The notes under the pieces are model-generated. The model was not told the origin of the DNA. It did no database searches and saw only the letters and a program-made list of their open reading frames with translations. Below are positions 1-12,182 of a stretch of 64,000 nucleotides of DNA, one piece after another (the stretch's first letter is position 1; the number at the start of each line of letters is the position of its first letter). Location of the stretch: positions 66,051 through 130,050 of the forward strand of contig CAVXVA010000001.1 of the NCBI GenBank assembly GCA_963765075.1, in the 5' to 3' direction. The stretch comes from an uncultured Acidimicrobiia bacterium (GTDB lineage: Bacteria; Actinomycetota; Acidimicrobiia; IMCC26256; JAENVU01). The position numbers were made by a program, and so were the translations under genes.

Positions 1-760
1 TGCGCACTTGTCCGTGCTGGGACGCGGGGAAGAAGTCGAGGATGCGGTTGACCGTCTCGGTCGCAGTGACCGTATGCAGCGTCGCGAGCACGAGGTGACC
101 GGTCTCGGCGGCGGTGATCGCGGCCCAGACGGTCTCGGCGTCGCGCATCTCACCGATGAGGATCACGTCCGGGTCCTGGCGCAGCACCATCTTCAGCGCG
201 GTCCGGAAGTTCTCGGTGTCGGCACCGATCTCGCGCTGGCTCACGAAGCACCGGTTGTCCACGTGACGGATCTCGACCGGGTCTTCGATCGTGACGATAT
301 GGGCGTCTCGGGTCGCGTTGATGTGGTCGATCATCGCGGCGAGGGTCGTTGTCTTGCCCGATCCGGTCGCGCCGGTGACGAGGATCAACCCATCCTTCTC
401 ATCGGCGAGCCGCTGCGCGATCGGTGGCATCCCCAGTTCGGCGAGCGACGGGACCTTGGGCAGCACGTACCGAATCGCGAGCGCGATCGTGCCCTGCTGG
501 CGATACACGTTGATCCGGAATCGACCCAGGCCATCGGCCTCGTAGGCAAAGTCGACTTCGCCCTTCGACGCAAACGATTCCCGCCGCCAGGCCGGCATCA
601 CTCCTTCGGCGAAGGCCGCGACGCTGTCTTCGGTCATCGCCGGTTCGGGCAGCACTTCGAGTTGACCGTCGACACGCACGGTCGGCGGCCGACCCTCCTT
701 CAGGTGCAGATCCGACGCGCCCATCTCGATGGTCCGGGCGAGCAGTTCGTTGACGTTCAC
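1..760 (-). CDS. pilT: Type IV pilus retraction (twitching motility) ATPase PilT; first 253 codons, 3' end runs off the window
   Basis: Absent from the ORF track because its stop lies outside the window. My minus-strand translation from GTG 760 reads VNVNELLARTIEMGASDLHLKEGRPPTVRVDGQLEVL...VTGATGSGKTTTLAAMIDHIN (Walker A)...ILIGEMRD...AETGHLVLATLHT (His box), with the frame open to position 1. GAGAGGAG lies just upstream. The gene starts 15 nt after the pilB stop. Confidence 0.85.
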   Translation of the reverse strand, partial: MNVNELLARTIEMGASDLHLKEGRPPTVRVDGQLEVLPEPAMTEDSVAAFAEGVMPAWRRESFASKGEVDFAYEADGLGRFRINVYRQQGTIALAIRYVLPKVPSLAELGMPPIAQRLADEKDGLILVTGATGSGKTTTLAAMIDHINATRDAHIVTIEDPVEIRHVDNRCFVSQREIGADTENFRTALKMVLRQDPDVILIGEMRDAETVWAAITAAETGHLVLATLHTVTATETVNRILDFFPASQHGQVR

Positions 761-775
761 CAGTGCTCCTCTCGG

Positions 776-2455
776 TCAGGCCACGACCCGGAAGACTTCT
801 TCCAAGCTCGTGAGCCCCGCCGCTACCTTTCGAAATCCGTCGCCGCGCAGCGGAACCATCCCCTGCATGACCGCGGCCTTCTTGACATCTTCGGTCGATC
901 GGTGCTCGATGATGAGCCGTTCCACCTCTTCGGTGATGGTCATCACTTCATGCAGGGCGAATCGACCTTTGTATCCGGTTTTTCCGCAGTGGCCGCAGCC
1001 CACCGGGCGGTTCAGCGTCGGCCACTCGGAGGTCGTGTCCATCGGCCAGCCGGCCTCGACCAGTTCGGCCTCGCTCGGCTGGTACGCCTCGGCACAGTGC
1101 TTGCACAGCCGCCGGGCGAGCCGTTGTGCCAGCACGCTCGTCAGCGCGCTGGTGACGAGAAACGGTTCGACGCCCATCTCCACGAGGCGTTGCGGAGTCG
1201 AGGCCGCATCGTTCGTGTGCAGGGTGGTGAGCACGAGGTGACCGGTCAACGCAGCCTCGATGGCAATCGTCGCGGTCTCCTGGTCGCGAATCTCACCGAC
1301 GAGGATGATGTCCGGGTCACACCGCAGGATGGATCGGAGCGCAGCCGCAAAACTCAGACCCGCCTTCGAATGAATCTGCACCTGATTGATCCCGGCGAGT
1401 CGGTACTCAACCGGGTCTTCGACGGTGATGATGTTGCGGTCCACCTGGTTGAGAATGTTGAGCGTCGCGTAGAGCGTGGTCGACTTTCCCGAACCGGTCG
1501 GGCCGGTCACCATGATCGTGCCGTAGGGCTTCTTGTACGACGCTTCGAAACGGGACAACACGTCGGGGAGGAACCCCTGATCGTCAAGGGTCAGCAATGC
1601 CTGGCTCTTGTCGAGGATTCGCATGACGACCTTCTCGCCGTACACGGTCGGCAGGGTCGCGACGCGAAGGTCGACCGGCTGACCGCCGACTCGGGCCGAG
1701 ATGCGACCGTCTTGCGGGATGCGCCGCTCCGCGATGTTGATGTCGGCCATGACCTTGAGCCGACTGATGACCCCGGCCTGAATGGCCTTGGGCGAATGCA
1801 TCGCCTCGTGCAACACGCCGTCGATACGGAACCGGATGCGCAAGTCGGTCTCGGTGGGCTCGACGTGGATATCCGACGCGCGGTCCGCCACCGCCTGGGT
1901 GATCACCAAGTTGACGAACTTGACGATCGGGGCATCTTCGATCAGCTCGTCGATCCGAGCGCTGTCCTCGGGGGCCCCGAGTTCGGTCACCGCCTCCTGG
2001 GCCATCGTGTCGACTTCACCGTCGAGCCGGTGCACCTTGTCGATCAGTTGTTGCACCTGGCTCGGCGGCGACACCACCGTGACGACCTCGGCGCCCGTCA
2101 TCGCCCGGATGTCGTCCGCGGCGAACACGTTCGACGGGTCGGCCATCGTGACGACGAGGCGGCCGCGCTCGTCCCATTGGATCGGGATCGCCTGATAGCG
2201 GCGGACCAGTGACTCGGGCACCAGCATCGACACCGACGGGTCGATGGTGATGTCGTCGAGATCGACGAAGCCGAGACCCACCTGGTGGGCGAGTATGCGC
2301 ACCAGGTCGGATTCGGTGATCCGACCGTGTTCGATCAGGATCCGACTGACGGGCTTGCCGTTCGACTCACTCGCCGCGAGGGCCGCGTCGAGGTCGGCCT
2401 GGGTGATCAGGCCCTGTTGAAGCAGCAAGGTGCCGAGTTGGGCACCATTCGACAC
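776..2455 (-). CDS. pilB: Type IV pilus assembly / type II secretion ATPase (PilB/GspE family)
   Basis: 559-aa ORF. It has two N-terminal T2SSE_N-like repeats (LITQADLDAALA, ITESDLVRILA), Walker A GPTGSGKSTT, IILVGEIRD, His box LTGHLVLTTLHTND and a tetracysteine motif CKHC...CGHCGKTGYKGR. Confidence 0.9.
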   Translation of the reverse strand: MSNGAQLGTLLLQQGLITQADLDAALAASESNGKPVSRILIEHGRITESDLVRILAHQVGLGFVDLDDITIDPSVSMLVPESLVRRYQAIPIQWDERGRLVVTMADPSNVFAADDIRAMTGAEVVTVVSPPSQVQQLIDKVHRLDGEVDTMAQEAVTELGAPEDSARIDELIEDAPIVKFVNLVITQAVADRASDIHVEPTETDLRIRFRIDGVLHEAMHSPKAIQAGVISRLKVMADINIAERRIPQDGRISARVGGQPVDLRVATLPTVYGEKVVMRILDKSQALLTLDDQGFLPDVLSRFEASYKKPYGTIMVTGPTGSGKSTTLYATLNILNQVDRNIITVEDPVEYRLAGINQVQIHSKAGLSFAAALRSILRCDPDIILVGEIRDQETATIAIEAALTGHLVLTTLHTNDAASTPQRLVEMGVEPFLVTSALTSVLAQRLARRLCKHCAEAYQPSEAELVEAGWPMDTTSEWPTLNRPVGCGHCGKTGYKGRFALHEVMTITEEVERLIIEHRSTEDVKKAAVMQGMVPLRGDGFRKVAAGLTSLEEVFRVVA

Positions 2456-2530
2456 GCGGCCTCCTCCACCACTTGCTCGCCGAGTTGCGAGATAACTGCG
2501 TATCGGCTGGGAAGGGGCGCTGCTGAAGGG

Positions 2531-3511
2531 TCAGTCGTCCTTGAGCCCGGAGAACATGCGCAGGAGTTCACTGCGGTCCACGACGATCTCCGAGCGCTCG
2601 ACCACGGGCGAGTCCGAGATGCCCGGCGGCGCCGGATCCATGACCTCGGGAACGGGCGGGCTCGAGAGGCCTGCCCGGGCAGCCAGATCGGCCCGTTCCC
2701 GGGCCAGGGACTCGGCGTCGGTCGGCGCCGGCGCCGCGGCGACCGGAGCCGGCTCGGGCGCAGGTGGAGCCGGCGCGGGAGCCGTTGCGGGCGCAACCGG
2801 GGCAGCCAACGCGGAGTTCGGATCAGTGCGGACATCGGCGCCCCAGTCGGTCACGTCGAGCACGTCGCCGACCTCACCGACACTCGTCGGCGCGACCATC
2901 CGCTCGACATCGGCGCGGGCCGACGACAACGCCCGCTCCGCGCCCACCAGCACTCGCACGGCGCCGGCCAGCACCAGTGCTCGCACTTCGGGCCCGATCA
3001 CGATCAGGCTGGCATCGGCGGTCCGGGCCAACTCCCGGATCGTGCGCTCCCCGTCGACGAGTTCGAGCACGCGAAAGCCGATACGGCTCAGCGTGATCGA
3101 GTCTTCGGTGAGCACCCCCGTCCGCTCGAGAATCGAATCGAAACTCTCGACCGTCGTCATGATCGAAGGCCACTCTCGAGCGATCGCCGTCGAACGTTCC
3201 AACACCGGACCGACCGGGAGCGCGAGCGGCGCCGGCCATGGCGGGGTCACATCGGCCCGGAACTCGAATTCGGCGTCTCGGCTTCGCAACAACGACACGC
3301 AGACTTCGAGGAGACGAACTTCCAACGCCGCGATATCGGGTACCGGCCCCGACAGGTCCGAGACCTCTCCCCCGCACAGCTCCCCGCCGGCGAAGTACAA
3401 GGACCCGTCGACCTCGCGGCCCTGAACGATCAGGGCACCGCTCGCGACTGACCGCTCGACGAGTCCGAGGACTTCGGCGAGGGGGAAGACTGAGAATGTC
3501 CCGGATAACAC
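2531..3511 (-). CDS. DUF4388 (PATAN-like) domain protein with a Pro/Ala-rich linker; function unknown
   Basis: ORF 2531..3760 trimmed to GTG 3511, with GGAGG 7 nt upstream. The N-terminus VLSGTFSVFPLAEVLGLVERSVASGALIVQG fits the DUF4388 signature. The 5' extension in the ORF track is Arg-rich and overlaps aroE. Confidence 0.6.
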   Translation of the reverse strand: MLSGTFSVFPLAEVLGLVERSVASGALIVQGREVDGSLYFAGGELCGGEVSDLSGPVPDIAALEVRLLEVCVSLLRSRDAEFEFRADVTPPWPAPLALPVGPVLERSTAIAREWPSIMTTVESFDSILERTGVLTEDSITLSRIGFRVLELVDGERTIRELARTADASLIVIGPEVRALVLAGAVRVLVGAERALSSARADVERMVAPTSVGEVGDVLDVTDWGADVRTDPNSALAAPVAPATAPAPAPPAPEPAPVAAAPAPTDAESLARERADLAARAGLSSPPVPEVMDPAPPGISDSPVVERSEIVVDRSELLRMFSGLKDD

Positions 3512-3561
3512 TGAACGGCCTCCACGGTGTGTCCGTGAAGGTGTCGGCAGCTTGCCGAGAC

Positions 3562-4384
3562 TTATTGAGCCCCCGGCTCGGCATCTCCGGCCGCGTCCCG
3601 CATGGCCGACAGTGGCGCCGGGATGCCGGTCCAGAGCTCGAAGGCCAGCGCGGCCTGGTGCACGAGCATTCCCAACCCGCCGATCGGCCGGGCGCCGGTT
3701 TCGGCGGCGGTGCGGAGCAGGCCCGTTTCGAGCGGGTGATACACCAAATCGACGATCCACTGCCCGGCAACGGGTTCGATCGGGATCCCGACGTCGTCGC
3801 CCATCCCGATGGGTGTGGCGTTCACCACGATTTCCGCGTCTCCGGCCGGCGCCGACGGCCAGGCAGTCACCTCGACCCCCGCCACCGCGGCCGCGACGGC
3901 CCGAGCCGCCTCGGGACGCCGTGATGCCACGGCTACCCGCGCCCCGACCCGAATCAACGCATCGGCCACCGCCCGGGCTGCACCTCCGGCGCCGAGCACC
4001 AGCACCGACCGACCCGCCGGGTCCAACCCCTCATCGGTCAAGGACCGCAGGAACCCCTCGCCATCCGTCGACGTCGCCGAGACACGATCCGTCGTCCCGC
4101 ACGACGACGGTGTTCACCGAACCCAACGCCTGGGCGACGGTCGTGAGCTCGTCACACGCCCGCGCCGCATCGACCTTGTGCGGCATCGTCACATTGATGC
4201 CCCCGATGCCCAGGGTGGGCAGGGACCGAACGGCATCTGCGCCTCGACCGGGCGGAACGTCGAACGCCACGTACACCCAGTCGAGGCCCGCAGCTGCGAA
4301 CGCGGCGTTGTGAATTGCCGGCGACCGAGAATGACGGACCGGTGAGCCGATGACCCCGGCCAGGCGCGTGTGCCCCGTGATCAT
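3562..4384 (-). pseudogene. aroE: Shikimate 5-dehydrogenase AroE; frame broken by one apparent 1-nt insertion near 4070
   Basis: The N-terminal ORF 4031..4384 (GVIGSPVRHSRSPAIHNAAF, NVTMPHK, NTVV) and the C-terminal ORF 3562..4041 (VLVLGAGGAARAV, NATPIGM) are the two halves of AroE. Around GGCGAC-GTCGACGGATGGC the second frame reads TDGEGFLRSLTDEGLD, which restores the conserved G-D-x-TDG motif. The ATG overlaps the mltG stop (ATGA). Confidence 0.85.
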
Positions 4385-5439
4385 TTCAAGACCCCGCGTC
4401 GGCGGGCGTCGGCGATGTTGGCTTCATGCTCGGACAGCGTCACCGCAAACGCGTGCCGGCCGCTCGCGTCGGTGAGTACGTAGAACTTGAAAGGCGCATC
4501 GGCCGGGTGCAACGCCGCGTCCAGGGCAGCCCGGGTCACCGTCGAGATCGGGGTCGGCGGCAACCCCGCCACCCGGTAGGTGTTGTAGGGCGATTCACGG
4601 GCGAAGTCGGCGTTCGTCAACGGATTCGTCCCGCCGCCGCGCGCGTAGATCACCGTCGCGTCGATCTGGAGCGGCATCGAGTCTCGTATCCGGTTGGCGA
4701 TCACCGCGCTGATGAGTGGCCGATCACTGGGGACCCCGGCCTCGCGCTGGATCAACGAAGCAACGATCACCGATCGGTACGGATCCGGGGCGGCGGCCAA
4801 CCCCACCTCGTCGCCGTGCTGATCGAAGCTGCTGACAATGGTGGCCAGGATGTCGAGCTCGTTCTCGTGGTCCTCGACGAGGTAGGTGTCGGGCCAGGTC
4901 AACCCCTCGAGCGACTGGACGGTCGGGGGTTGGAACTTCGACCGGACGGTCCCCGCGTCCAACGCCTCGCGAAAGCGCTGCGCCGATCGACCCGGCAAGG
5001 CGCCGACCCGGGTCGTGATCTCTTCGAGGGTCAGTCCCGGCGGCAACGCGAGCTTCTCGTAGTGCTGCCGCGGACCCCGTTCCAATACCCGGATCGACTC
5101 TCGGGAACCGAGATCCCGACGCATTCGGTAGGTCCCGGCCTGAAACGAGGACGATCCACTGAACCGTGAGTACACCCGGAACGCGAGCGACGAGCCGATC
5201 ACGCCCCGCGATTCGAGACGGTCGGCGATACCACTCACGCCGACACCGCGCGGGACCACCACGGTGACGGCCCGGCCCGGATCTCCCGGAGGACTCACCT
5301 GGTACCAGAACCATCCGATCGCCACGAGGAACGGCAACGCCAGCAACGTCAACACTCCGGCGACCCACCAACCTCGACGCGGTCCCGGACGCGACCGGCG
5401 ACGCGACCGGCGCGAATCGATCGCATCCTCGTCGGTCAT
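4381..5439 (-). CDS. mltG: Endolytic murein transglycosylase MltG (YceG family)
   Basis: 352-aa ORF with an N-terminal TM helix and YceG motifs (QIDATVIYA, NTYRVAGLPPTPIS). Conserved position between ruvX and aroE. Confidence 0.9.
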   Translation of the reverse strand: MTDEDAIDSRRSRRRSRPGPRRGWWVAGVLTLLALPFLVAIGWFWYQVSPPGDPGRAVTVVVPRGVGVSGIADRLESRGVIGSSLAFRVYSRFSGSSSFQAGTYRMRRDLGSRESIRVLERGPRQHYEKLALPPGLTLEEITTRVGALPGRSAQRFREALDAGTVRSKFQPPTVQSLEGLTWPDTYLVEDHENELDILATIVSSFDQHGDEVGLAAAPDPYRSVIVASLIQREAGVPSDRPLISAVIANRIRDSMPLQIDATVIYARGGGTNPLTNADFARESPYNTYRVAGLPPTPISTVTRAALDAALHPADAPFKFYVLTDASGRHAFAVTLSEHEANIADARRRGVLK

Positions 5440-5860
5440 GACCGCGACTCCAAGTACGACTGCAGGATCACGGCCGCCGCGACCTGATCGATCTTCTGGC
5501 GCCGTTCCTTCCGTTTCGCCCCGGCTCCGATCATCGACCGATCGGCGATCACCGTGGTCAATCGTTCGTCCATCAACGCGAACTCGATGTCGGACGCCAG
5601 CACCTCCAACGCCTCGACCTCGGCCCGCGCGGCCTTGGCCGCGGGACCCAGTCGACCCGACATCTCTCGGGGGAGGCCGACGACCACGGTCCGCGCCTCC
5701 TGCTCGACGGCCATCGACACGATGGCCCGCCGATCACGCTCGGCATCGCCGCTGCGTTCGATCGTGGCCAGCGGACTCGCGATCACGCCACCGGGATCCG
5801 ACACGGCGACGCCGATACGCCGGCTTCCCAGATCCACCCCGAGAATGCGGCCCATTCGGA

Positions 5861-5864
<4 letters not shown>
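5436..5864 (-). CDS. ruvX: Holliday-junction resolvase-like nuclease RuvX (YqgF)
   Basis: 142-aa ORF; GRILGVDLGSRRIGVAVSD is the YqgF signature. Its start overlaps the alaS stop and its stop overlaps the mltG start. Confidence 0.9.
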
Positions 5865-8490
<2,626 letters not shown>

Positions 8491-8494
8491 GACA

Positions 8495-8719
8495 TCAGGT
8501 CTTGAGGCCGGCACGAAGCTCCATCTCACGGCGTCGCATCGCCGCTCGGCCCTCGATCGCAGCGGCTTTGACCGTCTCGACTCCGCCACTGACCCGCTCG
8601 CCGAGGCCGTCCGGGGTGTAGCGACGGGCGGCGGCGCGCACCTTGCGGGTCGTGTACCAGGAGGAGCCGAGACCCGCGCCGTACCCGACGGTCAACCAGA
8701 ACACGCGCTTCGGGATCAT
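8495..8719 (-). CDS. Small hypothetical membrane protein (74 aa)
   Basis: Distal part of ORF 8495..9073, starting at ATG 8719, which overlaps the DUF948 stop (ATGA). It reads MIPKRVFWLTVGYGAGLGSSWY (hydrophobic N-terminus). No family recognised. Confidence 0.4.
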   Translation of the reverse strand: MIPKRVFWLTVGYGAGLGSSWYTTRKVRAAARRYTPDGLGERVSGGVETVKAAAIEGRAAMRRREMELRAGLKT

Positions 8720-9087
8720 CGGGCCGCTCGCCGCTCGCCGGTGCGGATGCGCCGGACCGCCTGCTTGGTTCCGGTCCCGATTGCCAGGACCTTCACCACC
8801 GGATTCGTGACCGTCCTGGTGACCAACCGCGAGGCCCCGTCGATCCGTCCGCCGACCCCTTCGGCCGCGGTGAGCAGCGCATCGACGCGGTCGACCTCGT
8901 GCTCGGCGTCGAGGAGTGCGTCCTGCATCGCCCGGGTGACCGCCAGGGTCTCCTCCTGGAGTCGTTCGACGGTCGTGCGCAACCGACGCACCGTCGCCAC
9001 CAGTGAGACCAGCGCGAACAGCAGGCCGCCGAGCACGACTGCGATCAATACTGCACCCGTGGCTGCGAGCCACTCACCGATACTCAC
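8716..9087 (-). CDS. DUF948 domain-containing membrane protein
   Basis: 123-aa ORF with an N-terminal TM helix (AATGAVLIAVVLGGLLFALVSLV) followed by a coiled segment (RRLRTTVERLQEETLAVTRAMQDALLDAEHEVDRVD), typical of DUF948. A GTGA overlap joins it to the rarA stop. Confidence 0.7.
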   Translation of the reverse strand: MSIGEWLAATGAVLIAVVLGGLLFALVSLVATVRRLRTTVERLQEETLAVTRAMQDALLDAEHEVDRVDALLTAAEGVGGRIDGASRLVTRTVTNPVVKVLAIGTGTKQAVRRIRTGERRAAR

Positions 9088-10412
9088 TGTTCTCGCTCCC
9101 GCGTCGCCTCGTAGGTTCGGGCTCCGGCGGGACGCCGATCCCGGTCGTCGCCATTGCCACTCGGTCGCCAGTAGACCTGGTCGGCAACCTCGGCCGGTCG
9201 GTACTCCTGAGGAGCCCAGCCGCCCGGCACGTCGTGAGGATAGACGTAGCCCTTCCCGTGTCCCAATGCGCCGGCACTGCGGTAGCTCGCATCCCGCAAG
9301 TGCATCGGGACATCACCCGCCGGCCGGTCACGGACATCGGCGAGCGCCGCCATCAGCGCGACTTTGGCACCGTTCGATTTCGGGGCATTCGCCAGGTAGA
9401 TCACCGCGTGGGCCAGGTTGTGCATTGCTTCGGGGAGCCCCACGAACTCCACGGCATGGGCGGCCGCGGCGGCAATGGGCAACGCGTGCGGATCCGCGAG
9501 TCCGATGTCTTCGGAGGCCGAGATCACCAACCGGCGGGCGATGAAGCGGGCATCCTCTCCGGCTTCGAGCATCCGGGCCAACCAGTAGAGCGCGGCGTCG
9601 ACGTCGGATCCGCGGATCGATTTGATGAACGCCGAGATGATGTCGTAGTGCTCGTCGTCGCCGTACCGCAGCGCCCGCATGGCCAACGCGGTCTCCATGT
9701 GCGAGAGCCCGATCGAGTCGGCACCGGCCTCGGAGGCAAGCGCGGCGGCAACATCCAGACTGGTCAGGGTGTGGCGGGCGTCGCCTTCGGCTCGATCGAC
9801 GAGGTGTTCCAACGCGTCGGCGTCGATCGCGAGTCGGGACTCGCCGAGCCCCCGCTCGACGTCGGTCAACGCCCGATCGACGAGCACGCGCAGCTCGTCG
9901 GGCGCGACCGATTCCAACCGGAACAACGTCGACCGGCTGAGCAGCGGTGCGGTCAGCGAGAAGTAGGGATTCTCGGTCGTGGCGCCCACGAGCACGATGA
10001 GTCCCTCTTCGACGTGGGGCAGGAGAGCGTCCTGTTGGGTCTTGGAGAAGCGGTGGATCTCGTCGAGGAACAGGATCGTGCCCTGGCCCCGTTCGCCGAG
10101 CCGCTGCCGGGCCCGCTCCGCGATCTCGCGTACGTCCTTGACCCCCGCACTGACCGCCGACAGCGGCTCGAAGGCCTTCCGGGTCGCGCCGGCGATCAAC
10201 CGGGCGATCGTGGTCTTGCCGGTGCCGGGCGGACCCCACAACACCACCGATGTCAGACGATCCGACTCGATGAGGAGCCGGAGCGGGCGCCCGGCCCCGA
10301 GCAGGTCGTCTTGACCGACCACCTCGTCGAGGGAGCGGGGACGCAGACGCGCGGCCAGCGGCGCGCGCGCCGTGAGTCGAGCTTCGGCGGCCGCCCCGAA
10401 TAGATCCGTCAC
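9084..10412 (-). CDS. rarA: Replication-associated recombination protein A (RarA/MgsA AAA+ ATPase)
   Basis: 442-aa ORF with Walker [16 protein letters not shown], Walker B ILFLDEIHRF and the C-terminal MgsA domain (YDIISAFIKSIRGSDVDAALYWLARM, YVYPHD). Confidence 0.9.
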   Translation of the reverse strand: MTDLFGAAAEARLTARAPLAARLRPRSLDEVVGQDDLLGAGRPLRLLIESDRLTSVVLWGPPGTGKTTIARLIAGATRKAFEPLSAVSAGVKDVREIAERARQRLGERGQGTILFLDEIHRFSKTQQDALLPHVEEGLIVLVGATTENPYFSLTAPLLSRSTLFRLESVAPDELRVLVDRALTDVERGLGESRLAIDADALEHLVDRAEGDARHTLTSLDVAAALASEAGADSIGLSHMETALAMRALRYGDDEHYDIISAFIKSIRGSDVDAALYWLARMLEAGEDARFIARRLVISASEDIGLADPHALPIAAAAAHAVEFVGLPEAMHNLAHAVIYLANAPKSNGAKVALMAALADVRDRPAGDVPMHLRDASYRSAGALGHGKGYVYPHDVPGGWAPQEYRPAEVADQVYWRPSGNGDDRDRRPAGARTYEATREREQ

Positions 10413-10430
10413 GGCTCCCCTCCCGCCGAA

Positions 10431-12182
10431 CTATTTCTTGGGCGGGACGGTAATCCCGAGCTCGCGGAGCTGCAGCGGATCGAGGCGACTGGGCGCGCCG
10501 GTCAGAGGGTCGGCACCCGATTGCGTCTTCGGGAAGGCGATGACTTCGCGGATGCTCTCCTCGCCCGCCAGCACGGCGACGAGTCGGTCGACACCAAATG
10601 CGAATCCGGCGTGGGGCGGTGCGCCGTACTTGAACGCATCGAGCAGGAATCCGAAACGAGCGTGCGCCTCGGCTTCGGCGATGCCCAGCAGCGTGAACAC
10701 GCGCTGCTGCATCACGGGGTCGTGAATACGCACGCTGCCCGAGCCGAGTTCCCAGCCGTTGAGCACGAGGTCATAGGCCTGGGACCGGATGTCGAGGAAG
10801 GCCTCGCCCGTCGCGGTGTCGAGGAACCCGACATCGTCGGGGTGAGGTTGGGTGAACGGGTGATGCGCAGGGATCGGCTGTCCGGCATCGGTCAGCGCCT
10901 CGAACAGCGGGAAGTCGACGACCCACAGCGGCACCAAACCCCCCTCGGCGATCGGCGGCCGTCCGAGGTCGAGCCGCAATGCGCCCAGCACCTCGTTGGT
11001 CCGGCGCCGAGCACCGGCGACGATCAACACGAGATCACCCGGGACCGCGCCCAATGCCCCGACGATCGCAGCCTGCTCGGATGCGGTGAGGAACTTCGCC
11101 ACCGGTGACTCGAGCGTCGATCCGGCTTGCACCCGCATCCACACCAGCCCGGCCGCGCCGAGCCCCTTCGCCCGATCGACCAGACCGTCGAGCACCGAAC
11201 GGGATGCGTCACCTCGACCGGGGACACAGATGCCCTTGACCGCGTCGGCATGGAACGCCTTGAACTCGGTGCCGGCCACCGCATCGCCGAGATCGGTCAG
11301 CTCCATCCCGAACCGGATGTCGGGCTTGTCCGAGCCGTAGCGGTCCATCGCCTCGGCCCAGGTCAGGGTGGGAATGGGACCGAGCGGCGAGCCCGTGATG
11401 GCCTCGACCGCGGCACTCACCGCCGTCGTCACCACGGCCTGAACATCCGCCTGGTCGGCGAAGCTCATCTCCATGTCGTACTGCATGAACTCGAACTGCC
11501 GATTGCCGCGCAGATCCTCGTCGCGCAGGCACCGCGCGATCTGGAAGTAACGGTCGAGCCCGCCGACCATCAAGAGCTGTTTGAAGAGCTGAGGGCTCTG
11601 CGGGAGGGCATAGAACTCGCCCGGACTGAACCGTGATGGCACGACGAAGTCGCGGGCCCCTTCGGGAGTCGACGCGATGAGCATCGGCGTCTCGACCTCG
11701 ACGAAGTCCTGATCGGTCATCGCCGAGCGCAACGCGGCGTTGACCCGCGACCGGATTCGGAGGTTGCGCTGCATCGAGTTCCGGCGCAGGTCGAGATACC
11801 GGTGTTTGAGGCGCAGCACTTCGTCGACGTCGTCGCCGCGGTCGGTGAGCGGGAACGGCGGGGGCTCGGCCCGGTTCAGCACGACCAGGGACCGGGCACC
11901 GACCTCGACCGCGCCGGTCGGCAGATCGGGGTTGACCGTGCCCTCGGGCCGTGGGCGGACGTCGCCCACGATCTGGATCACCCACTCCCGACCGAGGTGA
12001 TGGACGTCGTCGTCGGTGATCCGCTCCGGGTCGACGACCACCTGCACGACGCCCGACGAATCCCGCAGATCGAAGAACACCACGCCACCGTGGTCGCGCC
12101 GGGCCGCCACCCACCCCGCGACCGTGACCTCCTGGCCGGCGTGCTCCGGTCGGAGCGTTCCGACCTCGTGCGTGCGCATCAT
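10431..12182 (-). CDS. aspS: Aspartate--tRNA ligase
   Basis: ORF 10431..12353 trimmed to ATG 12182, which overlaps the hisS stop. It has the OB-fold N-terminus (VTVAGWVAARRDHGGVVFFDLRDSSG) and class II motifs (GGLDRYFQIARCLRDEDLR, GAPPHAGFAFGVDRL). Confidence 0.95.
   Translation of the reverse strand: MMRTHEVGTLRPEHAGQEVTVAGWVAARRDHGGVVFFDLRDSSGVVQVVVDPERITDDDVHHLGREWVIQIVGDVRPRPEGTVNPDLPTGAVEVGARSLVVLNRAEPPPFPLTDRGDDVDEVLRLKHRYLDLRRNSMQRNLRIRSRVNAALRSAMTDQDFVEVETPMLIASTPEGARDFVVPSRFSPGEFYALPQSPQLFKQLLMVGGLDRYFQIARCLRDEDLRGNRQFEFMQYDMEMSFADQADVQAVVTTAVSAAVEAITGSPLGPIPTLTWAEAMDRYGSDKPDIRFGMELTDLGDAVAGTEFKAFHADAVKGICVPGRGDASRSVLDGLVDRAKGLGAAGLVWMRVQAGSTLESPVAKFLTASEQAAIVGALGAVPGDLVLIVAGARRRTNEVLGALRLDLGRPPIAEGGLVPLWVVDFPLFEALTDAGQPIPAHHPFTQPHPDDVGFLDTATGEAFLDIRSQAYDLVLNGWELGSGSVRIHDPVMQQRVFTLLGIAEAEAHARFGFLLDAFKYGAPPHAGFAFGVDRLVAVLAGEESIREVIAFPKTQSGADPLTGAPSRLDPLQLRELGITVPPKK

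Noticed and set aside
8-2212. 734-aa plus-strand ORF, the longest ORF at the left end of the window
   Set aside because: It is the antisense shadow of pilT and pilB. It is Arg/Gly/Asp/His-rich with no recognisable motif, whereas the minus strand encodes two ATPases with complete Walker, Asp-box and His-box motifs. Long stop-free antisense frames are expected at this GC content.
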